This document shows, one piece after another, positions 8,469-18,363 of a DNA stretch of 64,000 nucleotides. The notes beneath the pieces were generated by a model. It saw only the letters and a list, made by a program, of their open reading frames with translations, was not told the DNA's origin and searched no databases. The stretch is from Candidatus Kapaibacterium sp. GTDB taxonomy: Bacteria; Bacteroidota; Ignavibacteria; Kapaibacteriales; JAEUSM01. The translations under genes and the position numbers were made by a program. Each line of letters begins with the position of its first letter. Positions within the stretch are counted from its first letter, which is position 1. The DNA lies in NCBI GenBank assembly GCA_016788785.1, contig JAEUSM010000017.1:77676-141675 (forward strand), read 5' to 3'.

Positions 8469-11165
8469 TTATCGGTGAATAAAAGGAACGACAGAACTCA
8501 CTCCTTTTTGTGTTGAGAAAACGCTAAGATATGTTCCAAATTGTAAACCACTCAAATCATAGAATTGTTCACCGTCTCCTAGATGTTGAAACATACGTAC
8601 ATTCTTTCCTAAAATGTCAATTATTCGGACTTCACCTATTTCATTGGAAGAAACTGTTACTCTTTGATTTGTTACAGCCATGGTTGTTTGAGCAATTAGA
8701 CCTTCAATAATAGATGTAGTAACAGGACATGCAACAAAAACGTTTGATTTGTTGGTTATTCCTTGTTGATTTCTAGCAGTAAAGTAATAATAAATCGCAG
8801 TCCCATTCCATTGTGGATTCGTTTTGTATAGTTGATTTGTAATAACAAAACTTCCATCGCCGAGTTTAATCAAAGGAAATTCAACTGTATCTTTGTCATT
8901 ATAAATAACAATTGAAGCAGATCTGATGGAATCTCTATTGTCATAAGGGTCAGAGAGAATAGAAACCCTTGCAGTTGCATGATTTCCACAAACATCAACT
9001 TCTGGTTTCATGAAATTAGGTCCTGCACCCCAAACATAGTAACTAAAAGCACGTAAAAAACGGTAATCACCATTCCATGTTGTATACATTGCACCTTCAA
9101 ATGATTCGTTAGTTTCCATAGTCATTCTCCAATCGCGAATTGTGGACGTATTGCCAACATCGTAATAGGCAGATGCGATTTGTTTGAATCCAAGTTCGGC
9201 AAATTTGTCCGACGATTCTTTTTTTAACGAACCATTCCAATTCATTATGACTGGTTTTGGGTCTACCAAATTCCAAATTCCCCGTAAATCCCCATTTATT
9301 AGATAATAGTTGTTTGTAGCATTATGAAGTGAATCTATCATATCAGACCAAATAACAGAACGTCCATTTTGGTTTACTGAAGTCCGTAGCGTTGAACAAA
9401 GATTGATGTTACCTGCAAGTAATACGGCTGGAGATTTTTTCGCATGTAAACAAGCTGAATCTCGATTCATATTACGAATTTCATCATGCTGAAAGAAAAA
9501 CCATTCAGGAGAATGAAAAAGTGAATCTACGTCTTCAAATTGTTTTTCAACAATCGACGACACCTCCGGTTCAGAGACACATATCATCGTCGAACCGCTA
9601 TATTGATTATCACTTACGGCTGTAAAGGGATGGAAATACTCAACAAAAACGGTGTCTCCATTCGAAATAGATGAACCATTTTTTAGTCTTGGTGAACGAA
9701 CAAAATGGGATGGACCGTAATTTCCTAAATTTGCAGAAACAAAAGGGTCAATAATCGAATCTAAATCTAAACCTTCTTTTGGAATGGTTCCTTTCGTAAG
9801 ATTTCTTATCGTAACTGGAGTTCCTTTTCTACGAAGAATATTCATAAAACCAGCTTCACGAATTTCAAAATCATCAAACCATATCTTTCCTTTATCCCCT
9901 CCCCAAACACCCAAATACAAATTGATTTGTGTATTTTCTAATGTATTGAAAGTTACTTCAATTTTTTGCCAATCTTGAGAGGTAGTTGGAATTGAAAACG
10001 CAGTATAGGTTAATGCTCTATTTCCTGCTAAGGCTAAGAGTCTTACCTCACTACCTGCAAAGTTTTCGGTTTTAAACCATGCAGACATTACATATTGGCG
10101 ATGTGGTTGACATTGGACTTGTCGGTTAAATCGACAATTACCCGATGGATTTCCTGCCACAAAATTAGTACATCGAACAGAAGATGCACCAGATAATTTT
10201 TCGTTGAAATCTTGAAATGTACTTACACCAGCTCCATCGTAGAATGACCATCCACTGAACTGAGTATTTGCATTAACCAATTCGAATCCACCATTCGGTA
10301 ATGAAACTGTTGATACAGGAATTACTCGCAATGAATCTCCTTCAACAACGCAGTTAACTCGCGTAAGAACTCCCTCTGCTAAATGAGGATTATTAGAAAG
10401 GATACCTTCTGACCAACCAAAATTAGCAACTCCTGGAATTGCCTTAACAAAACGTTCATTCCAATAATTAGTAATAGTATCTATATTACGAAAATAGATT
10501 GGAATTTCGTAGGGTAATCTATTAAGTTTAAAATCATGATTACTAAATCCATTCAAACGGTATTTTTCAATTGTATCTGTCAAAGATTTGATTGTTCTTA
10601 CTGCTCCTTGACCACGAAGGTTGTGCTGAGAAAAAATCCAGCGTTCTGGATAGTCAGGATAATCCCAAATTAGACACGATGGTAAAGAAGATTGTGAAGT
10701 AAGTAATTGTTGGAATGATTGGATTGCAGCTGCAAGTCCATCCTCATTATCACCAATGATAACGATAGCATCTGAATGAATGGAAATGATATACCCGTTC
10801 TTATAAGGAGGTTCAACTGTTAAAATCTTACTTTTTGGAAAGGATTCTACAAACTTATCATCTCTTGACATTCCGATATATATTCCAAAATTTGGAAAAT
10901 GCGTTTGATAACTAATTATCGGTACATCTTGACCTTTGAAAGTCTTTATACTTTTTTGAATACGGGAAGTATACGCCGATAAATCTTGAGAAGACCCATT
11001 AACAATAGCTCCAAAATTTGAAGGAATTGCACCAGAAGATGTATCTACTACATACATCTTAGGATAGGGGAATATAGGTGGGAGTTGTTGAGCAGTTACG
11101 AACAATGTCGCGACAAACAATTGAATACCAAGTAGCAATTTCATTTTCGTCACCTGAAAGAACAA
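8469..11165 (-). CDS. Secreted GH20-like glycoside hydrolase with inserted CBM4/9-like domain and probable T9SS CTD
   Basis: Signal peptide; GH20b-like domain ending in WDYPDYPER; NGGFE...WFDDFEIRE CBM-like module; QHDEIR Asp-Glu pair; C-terminal IIDILGKNV...DLSGLQFGTY. Confidence 0.6.
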   Translation of the reverse strand: MFFQVTKMKLLLGIQLFVATLFVTAQQLPPIFPYPKMYVVDTSSGAIPSNFGAIVNGSSQDLSAYTSRIQKSIKTFKGQDVPIISYQTHFPNFGIYIGMSRDDKFVESFPKSKILTVEPPYKNGYIISIHSDAIVIIGDNEDGLAAAIQSFQQLLTSQSSLPSCLIWDYPDYPERWIFSQHNLRGQGAVRTIKSLTDTIEKYRLNGFSNHDFKLNRLPYEIPIYFRNIDTITNYWNERFVKAIPGVANFGWSEGILSNNPHLAEGVLTRVNCVVEGDSLRVIPVSTVSLPNGGFELVNANTQFSGWSFYDGAGVSTFQDFNEKLSGASSVRCTNFVAGNPSGNCRFNRQVQCQPHRQYVMSAWFKTENFAGSEVRLLALAGNRALTYTAFSIPTTSQDWQKIEVTFNTLENTQINLYLGVWGGDKGKIWFDDFEIREAGFMNILRRKGTPVTIRNLTKGTIPKEGLDLDSIIDPFVSANLGNYGPSHFVRSPRLKNGSSISNGDTVFVEYFHPFTAVSDNQYSGSTMICVSEPEVSSIVEKQFEDVDSLFHSPEWFFFQHDEIRNMNRDSACLHAKKSPAVLLAGNINLCSTLRTSVNQNGRSVIWSDMIDSLHNATNNYYLINGDLRGIWNLVDPKPVIMNWNGSLKKESSDKFAELGFKQIASAYYDVGNTSTIRDWRMTMETNESFEGAMYTTWNGDYRFLRAFSYYVWGAGPNFMKPEVDVCGNHATARVSILSDPYDNRDSIRSASIVIYNDKDTVEFPLIKLGDGSFVITNQLYKTNPQWNGTAIYYYFTARNQQGITNKSNVFVACPVTTSIIEGLIAQTTMAVTNQRVTVSSNEIGEVRIIDILGKNVRMFQHLGDGEQFYDLSGLQFGTYLSVFSTQKGVSSVVPFIHR

Positions 11166-11195
11166 TGTAAGAGAGTAGGTTTTTAGAGAACCCTT

Positions 11196-12002
11196 TTACA
11201 ATATACCAAGAATAGTTGATATTGCTAAAACAACAATCATTGAGACGACAATAATCCTGATTGTTTTGATAGTGACAAACTTCAAAAATGAAAATCCAAC
11301 GATAGTTCCAACGACTGCAACGACAGCTGCTACTACTGTTATTGACGTATGTACACTATTCCATGATGCTATGAGCATCGTTGGTATATACACTGCAACC
11401 CTTGCTATATCTATAATAGTTGAACAAGAAGCTGAAGTAGCGATATATTCTTCTGGTTCTAATTCAGTTCCCATCAAAAAGGCTGATCTCATAGCACCTT
11501 GCAATCCTGTTAAACCACCAAAAAACCCTGCAATTGCACCACCAAGAAACAAATACTTTTTACCATATTTTCTCTTTTTTAATGAGGGTATGATGTCGTA
11601 AAGAACTATACCAAGTAAAAAATTTCCAACTACTATTTTCAGTACGCTTGGATTAGCAGTAATGCCGTAGATATCATACGTTGGAAGATTTGGAATCTCC
11701 ACAATGAATCGAAGTAGATATGCTCCTCCAACTGCTAAGCTTGCAGCAGGAATTCCAAATTGAATAGTCGTTTTCCAATTGATATCTTTAAAAAGAATCG
11801 CAGATTTGAATAAACTAACGACCAAGTGAACTATTCCAGTTATCCCAATAGCTGTATGAATTGGTACGGTAATTCCTAAAACTGGCATGAGAACACTGCC
11901 TAAACCAAATCCAGAAAAGAAGGTAATCAGTGATGTAACAAAGGTTACAACAACAATGACCAAGGTATCAATTAAGGAGGAAATTTGTAATAAATAATCC
12001 AT
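11196..12002 (-). CDS. TauE/SafE (TSUP) family membrane transporter
   Basis: SGFGLGSVLMP and GFFGGLTGLQGAMRSAFL repeated motifs; start moved to ATG 12002 because the upstream codons overlap the atp terminator. Confidence 0.8.
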   Translation of the reverse strand: MDYLLQISSLIDTLVIVVVTFVTSLITFFSGFGLGSVLMPVLGITVPIHTAIGITGIVHLVVSLFKSAILFKDINWKTTIQFGIPAASLAVGGAYLLRFIVEIPNLPTYDIYGITANPSVLKIVVGNFLLGIVLYDIIPSLKKRKYGKKYLFLGGAIAGFFGGLTGLQGAMRSAFLMGTELEPEEYIATSASCSTIIDIARVAVYIPTMLIASWNSVHTSITVVAAVVAVVGTIVGFSFLKFVTIKTIRIIVVSMIVVLAISTILGIL

Positions 12003-12007
12003 ATGGT

Positions 12008-12040
12008 AAAAAAAAAGCCTGTTCAACTAAGTAACAGGCT
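12008..12040 (-). terminator. Intrinsic terminator of the atp operon
   Basis: Minus strand AGCCTGTT-loop-AACAGGCT followed by a T run, just after the atpG stop. Confidence 0.8.
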
Positions 12041-12065
12041 ATTTAGTAATGAAAACTATAAACTC

Positions 12066-12953
12066 TTACCCTTTCAACGCTTCAGCACCACCAACAATTT
12101 CCAACATCTCTGTTGTAATTGCTGCCTGACGAGCCTTGTTGTAACTAAGTTTCAATATTTTAATAAGATCATTTGCATTATTGGTTGCAGCATCCATCGC
12201 CATCATTCTCGCAGCTTGTTCAGCAGCATTTGATTCCAACAGACCTTTCCAAACTTGCATATTCAAGTATTTTGGAAGTAAGGTGTCCAGAATTTCTTCA
12301 CGATTTGGCTCGTAGATGTAATCCACAGTTTTCTTTTTCTTGTTCGAAGTGTTTGCAGTTGTTTCTGGTACGATAGGTAAAAGTTGCTGAATCGTTGGAA
12401 CTTGTTTGATAAGTGATTTGAATTCACTGTAAATCATTGTAACGAGATCGTAATCGTAATTCAAAAACCCTTCAGAAAGCAATGATGCAATAGAATAAGC
12501 AGTTGAAAATTGTAATTTTCCAAAAACATCTGGAAATTGTTCTTGAACAAATTCTTCTGTTTTAGACAATTGAGCAATTGATTTTTTCCCAACTAAGACC
12601 AATGATAATTTTGCTGTTGGATATTTTTCCTTCAACTCTGCGATATAGGCAACTGCAGAACGAAGTATCGTCGTATTGAAACTTCCACAAAGACCTCTAT
12701 CAGAAGTAATAACTAAAAATGCTATTGAGGTAACATCTTTACGTTCTTGGAAGAAAGGATGAGCAAATTCTTCTTCAGCTAATGCCAAATTGGAAAGTAT
12801 TTCCGAAAGTTTTGTTGCATACGGACGAGCAGATAAAATAGCATCTTGAGCACGACGCAATTTGGCAGTTGCAACCATTTTCATCGCAGAAGTAATCTTT
12901 GAAGTATTTTGTACAGTTGTTATCCTTTGTCGTATATCGCGTAACGTTGCCAT
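12066..12953 (-). CDS. atpG: ATP synthase F1 gamma subunit
   Basis: KITSAMKMVATAKL, SDRGLCGSFN, ARQAAITTEMLEIVGGA. Confidence 0.97.
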   Translation of the reverse strand: MATLRDIRQRITTVQNTSKITSAMKMVATAKLRRAQDAILSARPYATKLSEILSNLALAEEEFAHPFFQERKDVTSIAFLVITSDRGLCGSFNTTILRSAVAYIAELKEKYPTAKLSLVLVGKKSIAQLSKTEEFVQEQFPDVFGKLQFSTAYSIASLLSEGFLNYDYDLVTMIYSEFKSLIKQVPTIQQLLPIVPETTANTSNKKKKTVDYIYEPNREEILDTLLPKYLNMQVWKGLLESNAAEQAARMMAMDAATNNANDLIKILKLSYNKARQAAITTEMLEIVGGAEALKG

Positions 12954-12973
12954 AATTTTTTAATTGAATCGAA

Positions 12974-13939
12974 TTAGATGTATTGCCAAGAAGTTAATAG
13001 ATAGTTCTGTACATAATCAGAAACTGCATCTTCTAATGTTGTTGGCTGAGTATAAATCCCTTTTGAACGCAATAACTCCATAGAAGCTTGCGTATAATTT
13101 TGATATTGATATTTCAAATGTTCAGGCATTGGAATGTATCGAATGTCGATTGATTTTCCCAAAGCAGTAAAAACTGCAGTCATCAAATCATTCCAAGAGC
13201 GAGCTACTCCTGTTCCAAGATTAAAGATGCCTTTTACGGATGTGGATAGATACAGTTCCCACATTGCATCAATCACATCTTTAATATAGATAAAATCTCG
13301 AACTTGACCGCCATTTGGATATTCAGAAACGTTTGATTCAAACAATTCGACATACCCTTTTGATTGAATTTGATTAAATGCTTTATAAACCATTGAAGCC
13401 ATGTCATTTTTATGATATTCATTCGGTCCAAAAACATTAAAGTATTTCAGACCAATCACCTTTGATTCCATTGAATTTGCAAAAATCCAACAATCAAAAA
13501 GGTGTTTTGAATACCCATACATATTTAAAGGTTTCAGTTCTGGGTTAAAGGTATCAGAATAACCATTTTCACCTAACCCATAGGTCGCAGCACTACTTGC
13601 ATATAAAAACTTGCAACCATGTTCAAAAGCATAGGTTGCTAAAATTTTCGAATACTCTACATTATTATCATAGAGATAATCTGCATTTCGTTCAGTGGTT
13701 GTAGAACAAGCACCCATATGAACTATGGTAGAAATAGATCGACCATATATACCTTTTTGGATTTGTTCACGGAAAGTCTCAATTGGAATAATTGAATGGA
13801 AATTTTTACCAATGAGATTTTTCCATTTTAGGTCAGTACCAAGTTTATCGACTATGATAATATCATTAATACCATTATCATTCAGTTTTTTGACAAAACA
13901 TGAACCAATAAACCCGGCACCGCCTGTAACAACAACCAT
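12974..13939 (-). CDS. rfaD: ADP-L-glycero-D-manno-heptose 6-epimerase (RfaD/GmhD/HldD)
   Basis: TGGAGFIGS, HMGACSTT, YASSAATYG, PLNMYGYSK, YFNVFGPNEYHK, YQNYTQA. Confidence 0.9.
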   Translation of the reverse strand: MVVVTGGAGFIGSCFVKKLNDNGINDIIIVDKLGTDLKWKNLIGKNFHSIIPIETFREQIQKGIYGRSISTIVHMGACSTTTERNADYLYDNNVEYSKILATYAFEHGCKFLYASSAATYGLGENGYSDTFNPELKPLNMYGYSKHLFDCWIFANSMESKVIGLKYFNVFGPNEYHKNDMASMVYKAFNQIQSKGYVELFESNVSEYPNGGQVRDFIYIKDVIDAMWELYLSTSVKGIFNLGTGVARSWNDLMTAVFTALGKSIDIRYIPMPEHLKYQYQNYTQASMELLRSKGIYTQPTTLEDAVSDYVQNYLLTSWQYI

Positions 13940-13940
13940 G

Positions 13941-15500
13941 TTATTTTCTTGTTGATGGAGAGCTAAATTGAGCTACAAATTTTTCAATTGCTTCGTCTAA
14001 ACGAGCACCAATTTCTTTTGTAATTTCTTTTTTCTCAGCAATTCCATTCAATACATCTGTATATCCTGTACGAAGCATATCAATAAATTCGACTTCAAAT
14101 TGACGAAGTGATTCTGTTTTGAATTCATCTAAAATACCTTTTGTAGCACAATAGATTATAGCAATTTGTTCTTGAACTGGTACAGGAGAATATTGACGTT
14201 GTTTCATAATCTCAGATAATGAATAACCACGTGTCAATTTCTGTTGAGTAGATTTATCCAAATCAGAACCGAATTTTGCAAATGCTTCTAATGCTCTAAA
14301 CATCGCCAATTCTAGTTTCAAAGGACCAGCAACCTTTTTCATTGCTTTGATTTGTGCATTACCACCAACACGAGATACAGAAATACCAATATTTAAAGCT
14401 GGACGAATACCAGCGTTGAAGAGGTTTGGTTCAAGATAAATCTGTCCATCAGTAATGGAAATTACGTTTGTTGGGATATAAGCAGAAACGTCACCAGCTT
14501 GTGTTTCGATAACTGGAAGTGCCGTCAATGAACCACCCCCCAAATCATCTGATAATTTTGCAGAACGCTCAAGTAAGCGAGAGTGCAAATAGAAGATATC
14601 GCCAGGATACGCTTCACGTCCAGGTGGACGGCGTAATAACAAAGAAACTTGACGATATGCAGCAGCTTGTTTTGTCAAATCATCATAGACGATGAGTGCG
14701 TGTTTTCCATTATCACGGAAATACTCACCCATTGAAGATCCACTGTAAGGAGCGATAAATTGAAGTGGTGCAGGATCCGATGCATTCGCAGCGACGATAG
14801 TTGTATAAGCCATTGCTCCATGTTCTTCCAACGTCGCGACAACGTTAGCAACTGTAGAACCTTTTTGACCAATTGCAACATACACGCAGTAAACTGGCTC
14901 GATACCGTTCTTTTTCGCCTCTTCAGTATGAGTATACTTTTGATTGATAATCGTGTCTAAGGCAACAACAGTTTTGCCAGTTTGTCTATCGCCAATAATC
15001 AACTCACGTTGACCACGACCGATAGGAATAAGAGAGTCTACAGCTTTAATACCAGTTTGAAGAGGTTGAGTAACTGGTTTACGTTGAATAACTCCTAAGG
15101 CTTTACGTTCTATCGGCAAAGTGTGCTTAGTATTTAAATCACCCTTCCCATCAATCGGAACACCTAATGGATTGACAACTCGACCTAATAACTCTTCACC
15201 AACTGGTACAGAGGCAATTTTGCCAGTACGACGGACTGTATCTCCCTCTTTCACTAATCTATCGTCACCAAAAAGTACAACCCCTGCGTTATCTTCTTCA
15301 AGATTTAACACCATTCCTTGTACACCATTTGGAAACTCGACTAACTCAGATGACATAACCTTTGTTAATCCGTATACACGTGCAACCCCATCACCAACTT
15401 GGAGTACAGTACCAACCTCATAAATATCAACTTCTTTTTCGAAACCGGAAAGTTGCCTACGTAGTATCGCCGATATTTCTTCTGGACGAACTTCAGCCAT
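13941..15500 (-). CDS. atpA: ATP synthase F1 alpha subunit
   Basis: [24 protein letters not shown]. Confidence 0.98.
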   Translation of the reverse strand: MAEVRPEEISAILRRQLSGFEKEVDIYEVGTVLQVGDGVARVYGLTKVMSSELVEFPNGVQGMVLNLEEDNAGVVLFGDDRLVKEGDTVRRTGKIASVPVGEELLGRVVNPLGVPIDGKGDLNTKHTLPIERKALGVIQRKPVTQPLQTGIKAVDSLIPIGRGQRELIIGDRQTGKTVVALDTIINQKYTHTEEAKKNGIEPVYCVYVAIGQKGSTVANVVATLEEHGAMAYTTIVAANASDPAPLQFIAPYSGSSMGEYFRDNGKHALIVYDDLTKQAAAYRQVSLLLRRPPGREAYPGDIFYLHSRLLERSAKLSDDLGGGSLTALPVIETQAGDVSAYIPTNVISITDGQIYLEPNLFNAGIRPALNIGISVSRVGGNAQIKAMKKVAGPLKLELAMFRALEAFAKFGSDLDKSTQQKLTRGYSLSEIMKQRQYSPVPVQEQIAIIYCATKGILDEFKTESLRQFEVEFIDMLRTGYTDVLNGIAEKKEITKEIGARLDEAIEKFVAQFSSPSTRK

Positions 15501-15539
15501 AATGACACCTTATATTCAATATGTTTTTAATAATGCTTA

Positions 15540-15761
15540 TTATTTATTGCTTAAAAGCAAATATCCTATCAAAAATGGCAGCATTGCTAATACTCCTAAG
15601 CCAATTGCAATGGAAAATGCCAATTTTTCTTTTTCTTTTTTATCTAATTCTGGGTTGAATAATTTTTTAAATGTCAAAAACAACCACGGAATTACCACTA
15701 AGACAATTGACGTTACAACGATGGTTGCAAGCAGGTCAGTTGCCGTTAAATTTTCAAACAT
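15540..15761 (-). CDS. Small hypothetical membrane protein (2 predicted TM helices) inside the atp operon
   Basis: ATG-initiated 73-aa ORF filling the atpH-atpA gap in the same orientation; two hydrophobic stretches separated by a charged loop. Confidence 0.65.
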   Translation of the reverse strand: MFENLTATDLLATIVVTSIVLVVIPWLFLTFKKLFNPELDKKEKEKLAFSIAIGLGVLAMLPFLIGYLLLSNK

Positions 15762-15779
15762 TTTTTCTCACTATCACCA

Positions 15780-16385
15780 TTACACTAATGGTGATTCTTG
15801 AACAAGTTTTTTGTATAGTTGCGATAATTGATATTGAAGAGATCCATCAATAACAACATCCTTAATTTGTACTTTCGCTCCAGCTTTTAATTCAGGCTTT
15901 AAGCGAAACGTAGCTTGTACCGTTTTTCCAGTTCTTTTTTGAAGAGCTTCTGAAATAGAGTTTTGTTGTTTAGAGTCCAAATCAACCGCACTATGAACTG
16001 TTACTGGTAAAATATTATAACACTCATTATATAATTCAATGAATGCATTGACAATTTCAAAGAATAGTTTTTCTCGTTTTTTTTCAGTAAGTAAAATCAA
16101 AAAGCTATAAACTAATGCATCTATTTTACCATCAAAAATTTCTTTTAATATCCCCTCTTTTTTTCTGTGTTGAACGACAGGACTATGCAAAAGTGCTGTA
16201 AGTTCTTTAGAAGACTTGACTACATCAGCAACAAACTTTAAATCAGCTAATACAGTATCAACTAACTTAGACGATGGTTGGATTTTAGAAAAATCTATAT
16301 GAGATTGATCATTAGCACTTCCTTCATGTAAGGCAGTACTCAACAAAGAAAGGGCATAACGACGAGCAATTTTAGTATGTACCAT
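15780..16385 (-). CDS. atpH: ATP synthase F1 delta subunit
   Basis: IARRYALSL, LHSPVV, VTVHSAVDL, VIDGSL; start at ATG 16385, just after the atpF stop. Confidence 0.92.
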   Translation of the reverse strand: MVHTKIARRYALSLLSTALHEGSANDQSHIDFSKIQPSSKLVDTVLADLKFVADVVKSSKELTALLHSPVVQHRKKEGILKEIFDGKIDALVYSFLILLTEKKREKLFFEIVNAFIELYNECYNILPVTVHSAVDLDSKQQNSISEALQKRTGKTVQATFRLKPELKAGAKVQIKDVVIDGSLQYQLSQLYKKLVQESPLV

Positions 16386-16389
16386 TGGA

Positions 16390-16884
16390 TTAATTTTGCG
16401 AAACTTGATCGACAAATTTATTGATAAATTTTGAGTGTTGCTCAGCGTCGACTGTTTGTTCAAGAATTTTTTCTGTTGCAGAAACTACTAATGTAGCAAT
16501 TTCAGTACGTAATTCACGAAGAGCTAATTCTTTTTGACGATTAATTTCTCTTGTTGCTTCTTCAATTTTTTCTTTTTTAATCACATCAGCAGCTTCAGTT
16601 GCATCACGTGTTATTTGTTCAGCACGTGTACGGCCTTCTTTTAAAAGGTTCATCATTTCTGTGTGTGCATCTGCTAGTTTCGCTTTCACTTCCGCTAAAG
16701 TTTTATCAGCTTCTTCTCTTGCCGCTTTTGCGGAAGTTATTTCATTTGCAATGTTTTCTTCACGCAATTTAAGACCCTGCAAAATTGGTTTAAAACCAAA
16801 TTTACCGAGAATGATAAGGAACAAGATAAAATTTATCAGGGTCCAAACTATGAGACCAGGCGAAAAATTTAAAAAATTATCCAT
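16390..16884 (-). CDS. atpF: ATP synthase Fo b subunit
   Basis: PGLIVWTLINF N-terminal TM, REENI, coiled coil, ATEKIL. Confidence 0.95.
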   Translation of the reverse strand: MDNFLNFSPGLIVWTLINFILFLIILGKFGFKPILQGLKLREENIANEITSAKAAREEADKTLAEVKAKLADAHTEMMNLLKEGRTRAEQITRDATEAADVIKKEKIEEATREINRQKELALRELRTEIATLVVSATEKILEQTVDAEQHSKFINKFVDQVSQN

Positions 16885-17003
16885 AGTATAGAGTAGTTTT
16901 GTGTGGTTTGATATCCAACAACAATAAACAAAATTGTATGAAAGGTTGTAGTAATCAAATTACTACAACCATTCAAGTAAATAAAGCGAGTAAACGGAAT
17001 TGC

Positions 17004-17237
17004 CTATTTGAATGCCAAAAGAATACAAACGATAATTGCGAAAAGTGCAGTACCCTCGATAAGAGCTGCCGCAATAATCATCGTAGTTCTTGCATCACCA
17101 GCAGCTTCTGGTTGACGGCTTGCAGCTTCCAAAGCAGCGGCAGCTAAACGACCGATACCAGAACCTACACCAAATACAGTAATACCAACTCCAAGACCTG
17201 CAGACAAATAAGCCATAGCTTTTGCTAATTCACCCAT
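17004..17237 (-). CDS. atpE: ATP synthase Fo c subunit (probably H+-type)
   Basis: GxGxG helix, RQPE loop, ALIEG carboxylate; GAAGGA upstream of ATG 17237 (alternative start 17252). Confidence 0.95.
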   Translation of the reverse strand: MGELAKAMAYLSAGLGVGITVFGVGSGIGRLAAAALEAASRQPEAAGDARTTMIIAAALIEGTALFAIIVCILLAFK

Positions 17238-17292
17238 TGTGTTATCCTTCAAAAATAGAATATGATTAAAATTTAATTACAAAATTGCCAAA

Positions 17293-18363
17293 TTAATGAT
17301 GTGCATGTTCTTCATGAGCATGATCTCCCAATGCCAAGCCAATAAATACTGCAGTCAACAAGGTAAAGATATATGCCTGTAAAAATGCCACCAAAAGTTC
17401 TAAGAAATAAATAAAGACCGAAAAGGATACCGCTATAGGTGCCCAAACCAGACTTTTAAAGAATAATATTAACCCGACTAATGACAAAAGAATAATATGT
17501 CCTGCTGTCATATTTGCAAACAATCGGACTGTAAGAGCAAATGGTTTTGTTATTAACCCCACTATTTCGATTGGAATCATAATTGGTGCCAACCAAGCTG
17601 GGGCCCCACCTAAAAGGTGATGCAACCAAGCTTTGATTCCAGCTTCTTTTATTGCAGTTAAATTAATTATAACAAAAGCAGTAATTGCCAAAGCAGCTGT
17701 TACTCCAATTGCACCTGTATATGTATGCATTCCAGGTAACAAACCAAAAAGATTTGCACCCAAAATGAAGAAAAACAATCCTAAGAAATACGGCATCAAA
17801 CGTTCGCCAACTTTTTTGCTACCAACATTTTGCATAACAACTTCATCTCGGATGTATACCGCTACGACTTCGATTAAGTTATGTACACCTTTGGGAGCAT
17901 CACCTTTTGCTTTTTTGGCTTTTCGACCAGCTGTAATCAACACGAAAAACACAATGAGCATAACCACCCATTGATAGAAAACCAAATTGGTAATTGACAA
18001 GTCAAACCACGGTTTTTCTTGTGTTGCAGTCGATATAATCTGATGTTTTTTATCAAAAGTAAATTTACCAGACTCTAAAAGAGCTTTTGTATTAGGATAA
18101 TAATAGAATTCTGTTCCATTAGTATACACCATGTGGGGCAAATCTGCTATGTGGTATGGTCCCCAATAAAGACCATGATGATCACCCAATTCACCTAACA
18201 AATGTTCAAATACTTGTTCTTTTGGAACATTAGACAAATCATGCGAATCATGTGCACTGCTTGAGTGTGCATCTGAGTGTGAAGTGGATGAAGTATCATG
18301 AGCATCTTTATGATGTTCAGATTGATCAGCTAACAAATTCTCAGCAGGTATAGTATACATCAA
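17293..18363 (-). CDS. atpB: ATP synthase Fo a subunit with His-rich termini
   Basis: KPFALTVRLFANMTAGH, ELLVAFLQAYIF. Confidence 0.96.
   Translation of the reverse strand: MMYTIPAENLLADQSEHHKDAHDTSSTSHSDAHSSSAHDSHDLSNVPKEQVFEHLLGELGDHHGLYWGPYHIADLPHMVYTNGTEFYYYPNTKALLESGKFTFDKKHQIISTATQEKPWFDLSITNLVFYQWVVMLIVFFVLITAGRKAKKAKGDAPKGVHNLIEVVAVYIRDEVVMQNVGSKKVGERLMPYFLGLFFFILGANLFGLLPGMHTYTGAIGVTAALAITAFVIINLTAIKEAGIKAWLHHLLGGAPAWLAPIMIPIEIVGLITKPFALTVRLFANMTAGHIILLSLVGLILFFKSLVWAPIAVSFSVFIYFLELLVAFLQAYIFTLLTAVFIGLALGDHAHEEHAHH

Noticed and set aside
15502-15853. Plus-strand ORFs 15502..15801 and 15671..15853
   Set aside because: Antisense to the atp operon; the minus-strand 73-aa ORF fits the operon better
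17004-17237. Possible Na+-translocating ATP synthase
   Set aside because: The c subunit has IEGTALF and lacks the Q...ES/T..Y Na+-binding signature
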